Shown here piece by piece: positions 34,865 to 47,300 of a DNA stretch of 62,301 bases (its first letter is position 1; each line of letters opens with the position of its first letter). Location of the stretch: the NCBI GenBank assembly GCA_012862495.1, contig BLSG01000377.1, positions 278,729 to 341,029 on the forward strand, given 5' to 3'. The position numbers and the translations under genes were made by a program. Under the pieces are notes generated by a model. The model had not been told where the DNA came from, searched no databases, and saw only the letters and a program-made list of their open reading frames with translations. This DNA comes from Thraustochytrium aureum (Eukaryota).

Positions 34865-35585
34865 NNNNNNNNNNNNNNNNNNNNNNNNNNNNNNNNNNNN
34901 NNNNNNNNNNNNNNNNNNNNNNNNNNNNNNNNNNNNNNNNNNNNNNNNNNNNNNNNNNNNNNNNNNNNNNNNNNNNNNNNNNNNNNNNNNNNNNNNNNNN
35001 NNNNNNNNNNNNNNNNNNNNNNNNNNNNNNNNNNNNNNNNNNNNNNNNNNNNNNNNNNNNNNNNNNNNNNNNNNNNNNNNNNNNNNNNNNNNNNNNNNNN
35101 NNNNNNNNNNNNNNNNNNNNNNNNNNNNNNNNNNNNNNNNNNNNNNNNNNNNNNNNNNNNNNNNNNNNNNNNNNNNNNNNNNNNNNNNNNNNNNNNNNNN
35201 NNNNNNNNNNNNNNNNNNNNNNNNNNNNNNNNNNNNNNNNNNNNNNNNNNNNNNNNNNNNNNNNNNNNNNNNNNNNNNNNNNNNNNNNNNNNNNNNNNNN
35301 NNNNNNNNNNNNNNNNNNNNNNNNNNNNNNNNNNNNNNNNNNNNNNNNNNNNNNNNNNNNNNNNNNNNNNNNNNNNNNNNNNNNNNNNNNNNNNNNNNNN
35401 NNNNGGCGGCGGCTGCTGCTGCACTCCGTCGTCGCGTTGGGGATCTGCCTCGCGACGCTGTCGTCGCGTTGGGGATCTGCTGTGTCCTGCTGCTGTCTCG
35501 CCCTGGTGTCACGCTTGCCAGTGCCCATTCGCTCGTGCGCGGGCGGCGTCAAGGGGGCTGCGCGCTCGGCACTTGGCGTGTGCCC

Positions 35586-35616
<31 letters not shown>

Positions 35617-35713
35617 CCTCGGCTGCCTCGGCTGTGGGGCTGCGCGTTGTTGCAGGTCCCGCGGCATTTGACGAAGAGTTTGGGGCGGCTGGACGAAATC
35701 GCCAGAGGCGCCC

Positions 35714-37282
35714 ATGGCGACTGACGGCGAGGCGGAGCTGCGTGGAGGCCAGCCCGCGACGGACGAGGAGAACGGCGGGGGTGGTGAGGCAGCGGAGATG
35801 GGTCTTGAAGGGGGCTCGGCTGTGGCCGCCACAGCCGCGAGCACGACGCACACTTCGAACGAGGTGCCACCAGGACCAGCAACTCATGAACGCCACCAAC
35901 ATCAGGAGCCGCAGCTCGGGCTTGCGCCTGGAGACCCAGCAAACGCTTTCCTTTGGGGCGCGCACAACCTCTTTGCAGGCCTCCATGCTGTCAACGCGAG
36001 GCTTGAGCGAGTCGAGCGCATGGCGTCGACCGAACAACGTGATCACCTCGGCCACGAGCTCGAGAGCCTGCGGCGCTTTGTGGAGTCTGTGCACCAGCGG
36101 CTCCGAGCCCACGACGACTTTGTTCGAAATCCCAAAGTTTCTGCAGGGGGTCGAAGAGCGCGCGTACGAGGTGGTCGTCACCAAGTGCCTTCCTGAGATC
36201 TGGCAGCTGCGCCCAACATGGAGGCGCTGACGCAGACGATGGATGAAACGAAAGACCTCGTTGAAAGAAAGCTCGGCCATGGGACTGGGGCGGCAGGCGC
36301 AGGGCTCGCTGCGGTTGGGCTTGCGACGAGTGGCAGTGGAGGCCCGACTGGCAACAAGGTTGCCGCGCAGCTTGTGCAAGATGTCGAGAAGCTGGTGCTG
36401 CGGCTGGCAGCCTTTGGCGACGAGCGCGTGCAGCACGTCGAGATCATCGGCGACGGCAGGCGGTATCGCAGCGGTGCGCCGAGGCGTAAATTAGTTAGCG
36501 AGCAGGAACTCGAGGGGGGCAAGCTCAACCTCCCAGTTCCGCGGCACTGGCGCGCTGACTCTGACGCCCGAACCATCAACAGAAACTTTGAGCAAATGAG
36601 CAAGATGATCAACGAGATTGTGCTCGTCCGCATCGACGAGGTCGAAGACCGCATCGAGGGCCGCCTCGGCAAGTTGGAGAAGCGCGTTGAAGTTCTAACG
36701 TCGCTCTTCAATGCGATCAACAGCGAGCGCTACAAGGACGCGAAGGAGCAGAGCGAGGAGCGCGCTCCTGCTGCCCAGCAGGCAACCAAGTCGATCGCAG
36801 TCGATCGTGAGCAAGCTGCCTCTGCAGGCGCCGGCGAGGTCGCTGCCGTTGAGCTGAGCGACGCGCGAAATGGTGCTACGAGAATGCACGCCTCTCGGGA
36901 AACCGGAGTCCTTGAAAGGCAGACGCGGGCGGCTGAAAGTGGCCCGCACGCGAGACCAGGAGCTGGGGCAGGCTCAATGGCGGGCGGTGCCGCAGCGCAA
37001 GAGCAGGGAGCGCAACCATTGGTAACTAACCTGAGTAGCTCCCGGACCGTCGTGGTTGCAAGTGGCGCCGAGTCGGGGAGCGGAGCGGACAAGCGCAAAT
37101 CTGAGGTCGGGGATAGTGCATCTCGCGCGACGTCTTCAGAAGCCGACGGTCGCCGTGGCGTTGCTAATGCCCTCGCAGCGCACCCGAAGAAGTCGCACCA
37201 GTCAGGCGCAAAGGCTGGGCGTGCGGCTTTCACCCGAGCCAGTAAACTAAAGCGAGAGGCAACAGAGGCCGCGCAAAGATAG
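35714..37282 (+). CDS. Hypothetical coiled-coil protein (compensating +1/-1 indels near 36120 and 36213)
   Basis: ORFs 35714-36196 and 36218-37282 are in the same frame and are bridged by a natural-looking helical segment LFEIPKFLQGVEERAYEVVVTKCLPEIWQLR in another frame. Confidence 0.6.
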
Positions 37283-37502
37283 GCACGAGTGCGCTGGCTG
37301 GCTTCTCGCTGGCATGGCTGTGCTGTAGCTGCACTCGGGTGCGAACGGTCGGTACTCTACCAATTTCGGTTGAAATCTTCTGAAATCAGTGTCTCGCTCT
37401 AGAGAGCTAGCTACGAGCTCGCGCAGATCGAGCGCGCGATGCACCCACGCTGGCGTTCCACGTGCGCGAGGCGAGCACAGCTACTGCCGACGCCAACGCC
37501 GA

Positions 37503-38530
37503 CTACGGCAGGCCTTCTGATGGGTCGACAAGAATGGGGGAAACGGTTCCCGCTTGAGCCTGGAGCTGGCGCATTGAGCGTGGGTTGCAAGCCAGTAAAT
37601 GCAGTACCCAAACACGGACCGAGTACAATATCGCCGGGAAATCCAGCAGGGTTGGCGGCTGGTCGCGCGAGCCTGCGATCTGGCGCCAGCAGGCCTCGGC
37701 CATTATCATACACGTAGCCACGAGCCCGCTGAAGAGATCAATTACCGCCGCCGGCGCCGCGCAGCCCTCCGCGAGGTTGAGAAAGGCGCGCATCGCGTCT
37801 GCTTGCACGGCAGCATACTCTAGCGCGGCATGCTCTTCGTCTGCACGCTGCTGACGTGTTCGCGACTTGACCTGAGCAGGCGTTTGCGGCCGCTTAGACG
37901 GGTCGATCATCCTCTGCGCGCGTTGAGCGTCGGCTGGATTGATGTAGAGCAGCTTGAGGTGAATAAGCAAGAACTGCGTCATGTTTACGCACGTAGCGGC
38001 GCAAAGGAGCCCCTCCCGATCCATGGCTCTGCCAATCTCCGGGAATCTGCGGAAGAGGTATTCGACGCTATGCAGTGCAAGAACGCCCCCGCCGCGAAGA
38101 TCTGTGGCCGGATCAGTGCCTTGGAAGCCGAGCGCTTTCCACAACTCGCTGCGCCAGCTTTGCGGGCCAGCAGTGGTGTCCAACGGTGGCTCGTCCGGCA
38201 GCGCGGTTGCCCATAGGTTTGCCAGGAGATTGGTGTGGTCCTGGTTGGTGGGGTCGAACGTAGTTTTGCTCTCTTCGGCGAGTACAACGAGCTGGGCTGT
38301 GCGCGAAGAGGCGCCTTCGGCTGTCCCGACCACGTCTCGCCAGGTTACGGGTGGAAGCTGCTGCGCGGCGGCCTGCATCCGCGTCGGACAGCAGAGTGCC
38401 AGGCACTCTGCTCGGAGGCTCTCTATCCCCTGCAGCTTGCTCCGGTGCCAGCGGGAGTGCCTCTCCAAGCTGCGTTGCCCGATGGACGCCAAGCTGCTCG
38501 CCAGCCCTTGTGCGGAAATGCTGCCGTCGA
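37503..38530 (-). CDS. ELMO/CED-12 domain protein (ELMOD-like Arf-family GAP), 5'-partial
   Basis: FDPTNQDHTNLLANLW...WKALGFQGTDPATDLRGGGVLAL signature. Confidence 0.88.
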
Positions 38531-39181
38531 NNNNNNNNNNNNNNNNNNNNNNNNNNNNNNNNNNNNNNNNNNNNNNNNNNNNNNNNNNNNNNNNNNNNNN
38601 NNNNNNNNNNNNNNNNNNNNNNNNNNNNNNNNNNNNNNNNNNNNNNNNNNNNNNNNNNNNNNNNNNNNNNNNNNNNNNNNNNNNNNNNNNNNNNNNNNNN
38701 NNNNNNNNNNNNNNNNNNNNNNNNNNNNNNNNNNNNNNNNNNNNNNNNNNNNNNNNNNNNNNNNCTTGCCTGCTTGCCTCACCTCTGGCTGTCCGAGTTC
38801 AGGGTCGGGCCAGGGCCACCCGCCAGGGTTGGGCGGTGCGCGGTGGCAGGGCTCGGCTGGCTGGCTGGCTGGCTGGAAGCTTGTTCGCTGGCTGGGACGC
38901 GGAGGATGTCGCTCGTGGATTGGTTTGCCGTGCGAAGAGATCGTGCACGGCAACCGGTTTGCGGAGCACTTCTCTCCGTCTTGTCGAGACTCGAGGCCTG
39001 ACTGGAGGCCCGACTCGAGGTCTACGCGAGGCTTGAGGCGAGGCCTGGGGCCTACCGCAAGGCGCGTCCAGGAAACTGACGCGTTCGCGTCAATGGTCAA
39101 TGCTTCTCAGCAGCCAACTCCACGACTGCAGGGGTCGCGTCACGCACAAGATGTTTTGTTTGGTGGAAGCTCACTCGCTGG

Positions 39182-40321
39182 TCAAGCGAAAAATGTGGCT
39201 GGGTCGTTGTTGCGGCGCGGGGAGGACATGGCCTCCACCCACCCCATGTAGTTGTCGTAGTTTTCGCGCTCCTTGCGAGAAAGCTGCGCCAGCTTGGTTA
39301 CGCCCGGGTTGTCGACGGGACCGTCGTTGGTGGCGCCGTCACGAGCTGAGAGCGGCGTTTGGTCGTCAAGAACGTAGTCGACGTGGTGGGCAGTCTTTTC
39401 AAGCTGCCGCTGCCGCTCCGCTTTGCGCTTGAGGAGCGTCTTGCCAAGCGGCGAGTCCTTTCCCGCAGACCGTTCAGCAGCCGAGGCAGTTTGTGCCGCT
39501 GCCCCGAGGAGCTCGCCTTGCCCGCTTGGTGCGCTCTCTGAGCGAAGGCTTGCGTCTTTCCGATCGGTCCCAGCGCCTTTGCCGCTGCTCAAAGCACTTG
39601 CCCAACCGAATCCGTCGAGTTCGGCGTCTGTGTCCTCCTTGGACTCCTCGTGGTGCGTCTCCTCGGCCTCGTGCTTGGAAGTCGAATCTGTGGCAAACGG
39701 CTCAACGCTAGCATCCACGAAGAGCTTGGGCTTGCGGCGGCCAGGGGACCGCGGGGACCGAGGCGACGCGTCAGGGCCAGCAGGGCGAGCTTGGGTTGGC
39801 GGGTGCGGGGCTGGTGGCTTCGTGGTGGCGACATGCGGCGTCGCAGAAGCGGTGGGGCGGAATGGAATTGCGGGGAGCTCGACATGCGGCTCAGGTGTCG
39901 GTAGTAGGCTGCTTCGGCGCGAGCGACCTGAAGCGTCGCCTTGAGTACGTCTCGCTCCAGTTGGGCGAGCGCCTCGGCTTCGGTCAGCCCGTGCCGCGCC
40001 GCGAAGTCTGACACTATGAGCTCAACGTCATCGTCGCCGAGAACCTGGATAGTCTCAACAGCGTTGCCAGGCGCGAGTTGAACAACGACCTCCCCAACGT
40101 GCAGGAGTCGCGTCTCGACTACGCGAAAGGCCATTTGGGCTTGCCGCGTGAGCTTTCACGGCGATTGAACCGCAAGCGTCGACCCAGGTCTCGTCCCACT
40201 CTGCCTCTATGACGCGCGCGTTTATCCCAGCTTGGTCTGGTCGCTGCAGCAGCTGATCCGGCTCTGGCGGCTGCTGAGGCAAGCTCTGCCGAGTCGCGCC
40301 GCTCGTGTCGTAATTGTCCAT
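39182..40321 (-). CDS. Hypothetical protein split over three frames
   Basis: Overlapping ORFs 40055-40321, 39589-40134 and 39182-39718 each contain a protein-like segment in series; shifts near 40140 and between 39900 and 39720. Confidence 0.5.
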
Positions 40322-40707
40322 ATCCGTTGACGTGTCCGACCTTATTTTGGCCGCAATGCAGATGCGCGCTGTGGGCTACTTGCCCGCGTCCACGTAGATG
40401 TAGATGCGCGCAGCGGGCATGACGGCGAGCGAGCGGTTCTGCGGTGGCGCTGTGACAGGGCCTCCTGCAGGTTGGCGGGTTCGGATTTGGATCAGTAGCA
40501 GTGAGTGACGACAAAGTAGTTGTTTGTTTCAAGGTTTTGATTGAACCACCCGTCCTAAAGATGGAAAAGTATGAATTATGGTGGTGTGGTACTCTACAGG
40601 GCTCGGTCCCGTTGACGACCCCGCGCTTGCCAGACAATGTGCGGGTGCAAGAGGAACGAAAGCAGCTCCCGTTTGGCCGCAAGCGGAAGCTCGCGCGGTT
40701 TAGCTGA

Positions 40708-42549
40708 TCAGATGATGGTGACCTTGGCCGTTTTGGCCTTGTCGTCGTCCTTGCTTGGCACGTCCGCGGAGATGTCGACGCCAGACTCGTCCACGTTGGC
40801 CCTGCTCTCGTTGCCATCGCTGCTGTCTGAGCCTGCCGAGCCTCGCTCCATGTCAGATTCTTGGTGGCAGCCTCCCCCTGGTCCCCTGAGGTCGAGGTTG
40901 CGGCGCTTGATGTAGGCCAAGATCTTCTCGCGGCCGCCTTGGCGCTTGTACCAGTAGGCGGCCCAAATGTGCAGCGCGATGATGACGAGCAAGCCGATGG
41001 TGGCTCCGGCAATGGCACCAGCAGTTCCCTGTTCATACCCGACGCTGATGCCGAGCAGGATGCCCGGGTAGACGAAGAAGATCATGATGATGTAAACAAT
41101 CGGGAACGGGCGGAAGCGAGCAGCAAGCGCACCGAGCGCCAAGGCGCCGTTGACCGGGATCTTGCGCATGAACGGGATTGGGTAGAACATGATCACACCG
41201 AACACATTGAAAAGCACGTGCACCATTGCGATCTGGAAGCCCTCGACGCTGCTACCGACAAGTGCGGCCAGGATCCCGGTAAATGTGGTGCCGATGTTGG
41301 CCCCAAGCGTGAGCGGAAGCATTTTATCGATGTTCAGTACCCCGATGGCAACCAGTGGGGTGAGGATCGAGGTGGTAATCGACGATGACTGCACAAAAAT
41401 GGTGACTCCGCATCCCACGAGAATAGCGAGATAGCCGTTCATGTTTAGCGCGCGCTTGACCATCCGCTCGGCTGTGCCCCGAACAATGTATGACAGTACT
41501 TTGACGAGGCCAACGAGGCAGATCACGAGGAGAAGGACTGAGATAATGAGGGTGACGACGCCCGCCTCCTTCTGCCAGCCCAACTCGTAGAAAACCCCGC
41601 CCTTGTTAATCTTGTAGCCGTCATAGTGAGCCTGAGCGTCAGCAAGCACGGTCTGGTTGATCTCCATCGTGCCGGCCGTGACGTTTTGGAGGCAGTAACG
41701 GAAGGAAGCCTTGGTGCTCTTGTTGGAGCCGTCCGCGGCACAGACCGTTTCGGGCTCGGCAGTCGGGAACTTGCTGCAGGCTTTACGCGCAAACTTGTAA
41801 AGGCACTTGGTGTTCGCACAGAGGCGTTCGCACATATCGGCTGCTGGGCGCCCCTGCGAGAAGTCCTTGATCACGTCCTTGTCCACATTGATGATCAGCT
41901 TCGTGAGCGCGCTGGTGATGGCCTTGAGGGGGCCCGACCAGCTCTCGCAGTCCTGAACATTCGAGTCGCACACTTCGAACGAGTCGGAGATGGCTTCCGA
42001 AATGATGAAGAGGAGCCCACCCTGGTTGTTGTTGGCGGCGTTAGAGATGAGCTCCACCGGAAGCCAGAAGGCGACGTTGAGGAGGTTGAACAGGTCGTGC
42101 ACGGTGGCCCCGGCAAAGCCGCGCTCGTAGTGCTCGACGTTCCCGGCGAAGCCCATCGAAACGATCGTGTTGGTCACACTGGTGCCGATGTTGGCACCGA
42201 AGATCATCGGAATGGCAACCTCGACGCCGAGTGCGCCGGAGGCGACGGCGGCGACGATGATGCTGGTGGTCGTCGAACTAGATTGCACGAGGACGGTGGC
42301 GAGAATGCCGACCATGAGGCCTGCGATCGGGTTGTCAGCGAATGCGAACATTTCACCACTCGACTCGCCTGCGAGGATCGAGAAGGCGCTGCCGAGCAGG
42401 TCGAGACCGACCAGAAAGAAGTACAGGAAGAAGCACACCGCGGTCAGGCAGAAGAGAATGTTGAACGTGCGAAACCACCAGGTCCGCCTGTTCTCCTCTG
42501 TGAAGAGCAGGTCGCGGCCTTCGCGGCACACGCTGAACGTTGCGCCCAT
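40708..42549 (-). CDS. SLC34: Sodium/phosphate cotransporter, SLC34/NaPi-II family
   Basis: Two inverted-repeat signatures LVQSSSTTTSIIV...GANIGTSVTNTIV and VQSSSITTS...LGANIGTT, plus FAGATVHDLFN; ATG in CAAGATGG context. Confidence 0.95.
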   Translation of the reverse strand: MGATFSVCREGRDLLFTEENRRTWWFRTFNILFCLTAVCFFLYFFLVGLDLLGSAFSILAGESSGEMFAFADNPIAGLMVGILATVLVQSSSTTTSIIVAAVASGALGVEVAIPMIFGANIGTSVTNTIVSMGFAGNVEHYERGFAGATVHDLFNLLNVAFWLPVELISNAANNNQGGLLFIISEAISDSFEVCDSNVQDCESWSGPLKAITSALTKLIINVDKDVIKDFSQGRPAADMCERLCANTKCLYKFARKACSKFPTAEPETVCAADGSNKSTKASFRYCLQNVTAGTMEINQTVLADAQAHYDGYKINKGGVFYELGWQKEAGVVTLIISVLLLVICLVGLVKVLSYIVRGTAERMVKRALNMNGYLAILVGCGVTIFVQSSSITTSILTPLVAIGVLNIDKMLPLTLGANIGTTFTGILAALVGSSVEGFQIAMVHVLFNVFGVIMFYPIPFMRKIPVNGALALGALAARFRPFPIVYIIMIFFVYPGILLGISVGYEQGTAGAIAGATIGLLVIIALHIWAAYWYKRQGGREKILAYIKRRNLDLRGPGGGCHQESDMERGSAGSDSSDGNESRANVDESGVDISADVPSKDDDKAKTAKVTII

Positions 42550-42558
42550 CTTGCTTGG

Positions 42559-42784
42559 CTGTGTGGCAAAGTAAACGCGGATGAAGCCGCAGATGGCAGC
42601 GTTTGGCCTTTCGAGTCTGTTCTGCTTCTGTTCTGCTTGGTGCCTGTTGGCTGTAGTTCGGGGTCTGCCCGTCTGGCCGTGTTCGAGCGGCTGGCTGGCT
42701 TGGCTCGTCTCCAAGGAGAACACGGATGGACAACGGGCATGGTCTTTTTGAGAGGGGAAGCAGCCGCTGTGAGTACCTACTTAC
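42559..42784 (-). other. Putative 226-nt 5'-UTR intron of the SLC34 gene
   Basis: GTAAGT at 42784-42779 and TTTGCCACACAG acceptor ending 9 nt before the ATG. Confidence 0.5.
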
Positions 42785-44336
42785 TTGCTTCTCGCAAGTA
42801 GAATACTGCGACAGCCACCCTACACGGGCGCGGGCCTGCCCTCACGCTTGCCGCAGCTAAAGCAGTTGGCGTTGGCGTGGAGCGAATCTGCGGGCGCCGC
42901 GACCACCCGTCACTCGCTCGCTCAGTTCACAACCGCACACAGCACCACTCCCTGATCCTTGAGTGAACACAGAGACACTCCACACGCGAGCCTCTCTCTT
43001 TCCATACTTTCTTTTCTCTGCCTCCGCCTCAAAGGAAAGAATGGCAAACGCCCCTCCGCAGGCTCTGCCTGCTGGGATAGGGAAGGAAAGCGGTGTCGCT
43101 CGCACACCCACGCGAGTGCGTGCGTGGCACCAGCGAGACTTGCCAGAGCCTGTCTGAGACAGTCTGTCTGGTGACGGACTGCCGCGCCCTTGGACGACCG
43201 CCGCTGGAAGATCGGCCTCCTCGCGAGCTGCGCAAGCGCTTCTCTCACGCCGCAAGGCCGGCCGGCCACGCTGCCTGCGTCTGCGAGTGGAGTGCTTGCG
43301 CCCTGACTTTCTCTCCCGCCCTCCGAGCCGGCTCGCTCGCCTCCCGAGGTGAAAGCAGCGCGCTCGCTCGTGCAATGCAGGCCGAGTTGTTGAGTTGTTG
43401 CCGCGGCGGCCGAGAGAGGATGACGGGCTCGGCCAGCTGGCTGGCCAGCGCCGACAGATCGCGCTGAGCAGCGCGCAAGCATCATCTCGCCCCGTGCGAA
43501 GATCCCCGCGCGAACAAGGGATGGCCGGCCTGGTCGATAAGCCAGTTGCTCTTGGCGTGGNNNNNNNNNNNNNNNNNNNNNNNNNNNNNNNNNNNNNNNN
43601 NNNNNNNNNNNNNNNNNNNNNNNNNNNNNNNNNNNNNNNNNNNNNNNNNNNNNNNNNNNNNNNNNNNNNNNNNNNNNNNNNNNNNNNNNNNNNNNNNNNN
43701 NNNNNNNNNNNNNNNNNNNNNNNNNNNNNNNNNNNNNNNNNNNNNNNNNNNNNNNNNNNNNNNNNNNNNNNNNNNNNNNNNNNNNNNNNNNNNNNNNNNN
43801 NNNNNNNNNNNNNNNNNNNNNNNNNNNNNNNNNNNNNNNNNNNNNNNNNNNNNNNNNNNNNNNNNNNNNNNNNNNNNNNNNNNNNNNNNNNNNNNNNNNN
43901 NNNNNNNNNNNNNNNNNNNNNNNNNNNNNNNNNNNNNNNNNNNNNNNNNNNNNNNNNNNNNNNNNNNNNNNNNNNNNNNNNNNNNNNNNNNNNNNNNNNN
44001 NNNNNNNNNNNNNNNNNNNNNNNNNNNNNNNNNNNNNNNNNNNNNNNNNNNNNNNNNNNNNNNNNNNNNNNNNNNNNNNNNNNNNNNNNNNNNNNNNNNN
44101 NNNNNNNNNNNNNNNNNNNNNNNNNNNNNNNNNNNNNNNNNNNNNNNNNNNNNNNNNNNNNNNNNNNNNNNNNNNNNNNNNNNNNNNNNNNNNNNNNNNN
44201 NNNNNNNNNNNNNNNNNNNNNNNNNNNNNNNNNNNNNNNNNNNNNNNNNNNNNNNNNNNNNNNNNNNNNNNNNNNNNNNNNNNNNNNNNNNNNNNNNNNN
44301 NNNNNNNNNNNNNNNNTACGCACTCTTCAACCTCTC

Positions 44337-47300
44337 CTATACGTTCTCCATCTCCTCTTCCTCCTCCTCTCCCCCGCCGTCCTCGTCTCGAGCCATGCCT
44401 CGGCGCCCCGCGTCGCAGCGCTGGCGCGGCCTCCCATCCCAGACGGTATCGAGCTGCTCTGCATCACCGTCGTCCTCGTCGGTTGCTGCTGAGTCGAAAG
44501 TCTCGTTGAGCCTCGAATCGGCCAGCGCCTCCGGCAACGTTGTGTAGCTGGTGTTGTTCACGCCGTCGTCGGCAGCGAAGGCCTCGTACTGGTGTCGCTC
44601 GTCGTGCCCCTCCTTTTCTGCCGCCTCGTCGTCCTGCTCGACGTCCCCGTCGCCGCTTGGGCCGAACGCCGCGCGCTTCAAGGCCTTGATCGTGTTGCTG
44701 CTGTGCTTGCGCACGAGGCGAATCACGGAAGAAGAGGCCGAGCCAAACCGCGGGTCAGGGAAGGGGTCTTCAAAGGGGTCGTCCACAGATCCCGCGGATG
44801 CCTCCGCGCCGTTGCTCAACTTGGCGTGCTCTTCCTCCAACTCTCGTGAAGGCGAGTCCGCTGGCGCGTCGACAAACTTCGGGAGCTCCTGGACCATCGC
44901 CTTGGGTTGAAACGGGTCCTCGGGGCGCTGGATCACAACCGGAAACACGTACCCGAACCCACCGCCTGAGCCAGACCCCGAGTTTGATGCCGCCGCCGCC
45001 GCCGCCGCCCCGGCTGGAATCGGGCTCCCGCGAAGCAAAACAGAAACCCTGCTTCTTGGCACCTCGATCTCGCCACCGGCATACCCAAAACTGGCCACAT
45101 AAGACAGCACAAACGTCGACGCGACGAGAGCTACGAGGCATGCTCCGAGCACTGGCCCAGCAGCAGCTCGGGCTCCAGCATCCTCGACGGGGGTGTACCC
45201 ACTCGCGCAAACTACTGTCACAACCACGAACAAGAGCGAAACGCCCTCCAGGCACAACAGAACGCGACCTGGAAAGGTGTTCTTCCAGGTGAGAACGACT
45301 GCAGCGTGCGACGCCTCGACTATGTCCGGCAGGACCTCTACCCTGAGCTCATGCAAGGCAACACTGTCGTCCCCGAAAGGACTCGCAGGACCTTTTCCAG
45401 GTCTCAAGTCGCGCTGGCGAGCCAGCTCGAGACTGCGACTCGCGCGAGCCGTGAGTACTCGCTGGGCGACCACGGTCAAGTCCGCGCCGAGGTGCACGAG
45501 CTGCAGCGCTAGAATCGACAGTGCGACGACCGCGCCAGCGACAGCAAAGGCTGGAGAGCCGCTTTGTTGCAGGGAAATGTTGGCTGCGGTGGCGCCAACC
45601 GCGCATGCGGCGCAGAGCGTTCGGAGAGCGATGCTAGCCTTGGCCCACTTGCCTTCGACGCGAAGGAGGAACTGCGCTGTCGAAGTCTTGCGCTTGAACG
45701 AGTATGGCGAAACAATCGATCGGCTGACCCGGCGGCTACTGCGCCGCGCGCCAGCGCTCGACTTGGCGACCTCTGAAAGTTGCTCTTCATCCACGGCGTA
45801 TTTGGCCGACCCATTCTTGAACGACTGACGCCTATTGCCCGAGCTGCTGCCGGGATCGCCTGCGGTGAAGCGCCCGCTCAAACGCCTGTCCGTGCTTGTA
45901 GCGGCAAGGCCGCGCGCCGGGCCGAAGGAGGGCGCCTGAATTGCCTGATGCACCGCCGCGCCGCCGCCACGCGGTTGGATCCCGCCTTTTGTTCCAATCA
46001 CGTTCTGCAGTGCGAGGTAGTCCCCGCCATCGTCGAGCGGGGGCGGGGCGGGAAGGTCATCAGCGTCCGCGGCTCGCTGCATACTGAGGCGCGCCACGCC
46101 CGCAGCAAGCTGCCTCTGTTGGCGCTTTCGATCCTCTTCGAGCTGCTGCTGTTGCAGCGCGTCCAGGTTTGGAGTGAGCGAGTTCAGGTCGTACCCAATC
46201 CACAGCGTGTGCGAGGCCAAGCTCGGCCCAAGCACAAGCACCATGGCACAGACCACCATGAGCGCAGACGCAGTGAGAAGCTTTGCGTCCGTCTCGCGGA
46301 CTACGAGTCCGGCGAATCCAGCCGTCAGCGCGAGCCCAAAGCTTGCAAAGTCGAGCAGAAAAATCGCCGCAACATCCACTTGCGAGGAAAACCAGGTTTC
46401 AAGGCGCTGAAAGATCCCCTGTCGGTGCGCTGAGCACATCTTTAGCGACGACACGCTGACGGCCGCGAGCAGAGTGTTCCAGATGAAAAGGAGGCCACCG
46501 CATGCCGCGACGAGGTAGCGCGCAAAGCAGGTCGAGCAGGCCTCCGAGCTCGCAGCAAGCGCCAAGGCGACCACGCTGCACACGATGCACGACATGCGCG
46601 CCGTGAACAGCATGTGGGGAAGCTTGCCAGTGCCCGTCAGCAAGATGGCTGCTTCGCGCCACCCATTCCAGTGGTCAGGCATCCGCCAAGGAGCCCTGCG
46701 CGATCGTAGTGGTAAGTCAGGCGAGCGGCAACGTTGGACGCCGAAATGTCTTCAAACGGGTATCGCATGCTCTGGTCCGCGCAGACGAGCAATGCGGCAA
46801 GCGCCGTGCAGGCAGCAACAACACAGCTGAGAACGGCCACGGACACGATCGCGACCTGGCCGCCGTGGAGGTCCAAGCGAGAACTGGGAAACACGCCGGC
46901 CCCGTCGCTGGCAGAGCCCTTTTCGCCGTCTGCAGCTACCTGGTCGGTGCCATTGTTGGTTGCCGAATCGTTGGTTGCGCCGCCGTTGGTTGTGCCGTTC
47001 GTTCCTGCGTCGACGTTGCTTTCGCCTGGGTCCTTGTCTGGGCCCTGGTCGCCTCTGCTGTCATCGATTGGCGGATCGCTCACAGTGGGCCTGCTAACAG
47101 TGGGTTGTTTGTTTGGCGACCTCACTGTGGGTGCTGCTGACGGCGGCTTGGACTCCTCTGAAGGCGGTGTTTTCTGCGGTGTAGGCCGCGCCGAGGGAGA
47201 CTGCGACGGGCTTTCGGTCGGCGTCGTAGAAGGCGCTGTCGTTGGCAATGGCCTTGGGCATAGGCAGTAACCCCAGCGTTTGCGCGAACTGCTTTTCCTG

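Noticed and set aside
36194..36196. In-frame TGA between two same-frame ORFs as selenocysteine or readthrough
   Set aside because: The preceding ~25 codons look like off-frame translation, while another frame gives a natural helix bounded by two homopolymer indels; no SECIS was recognised
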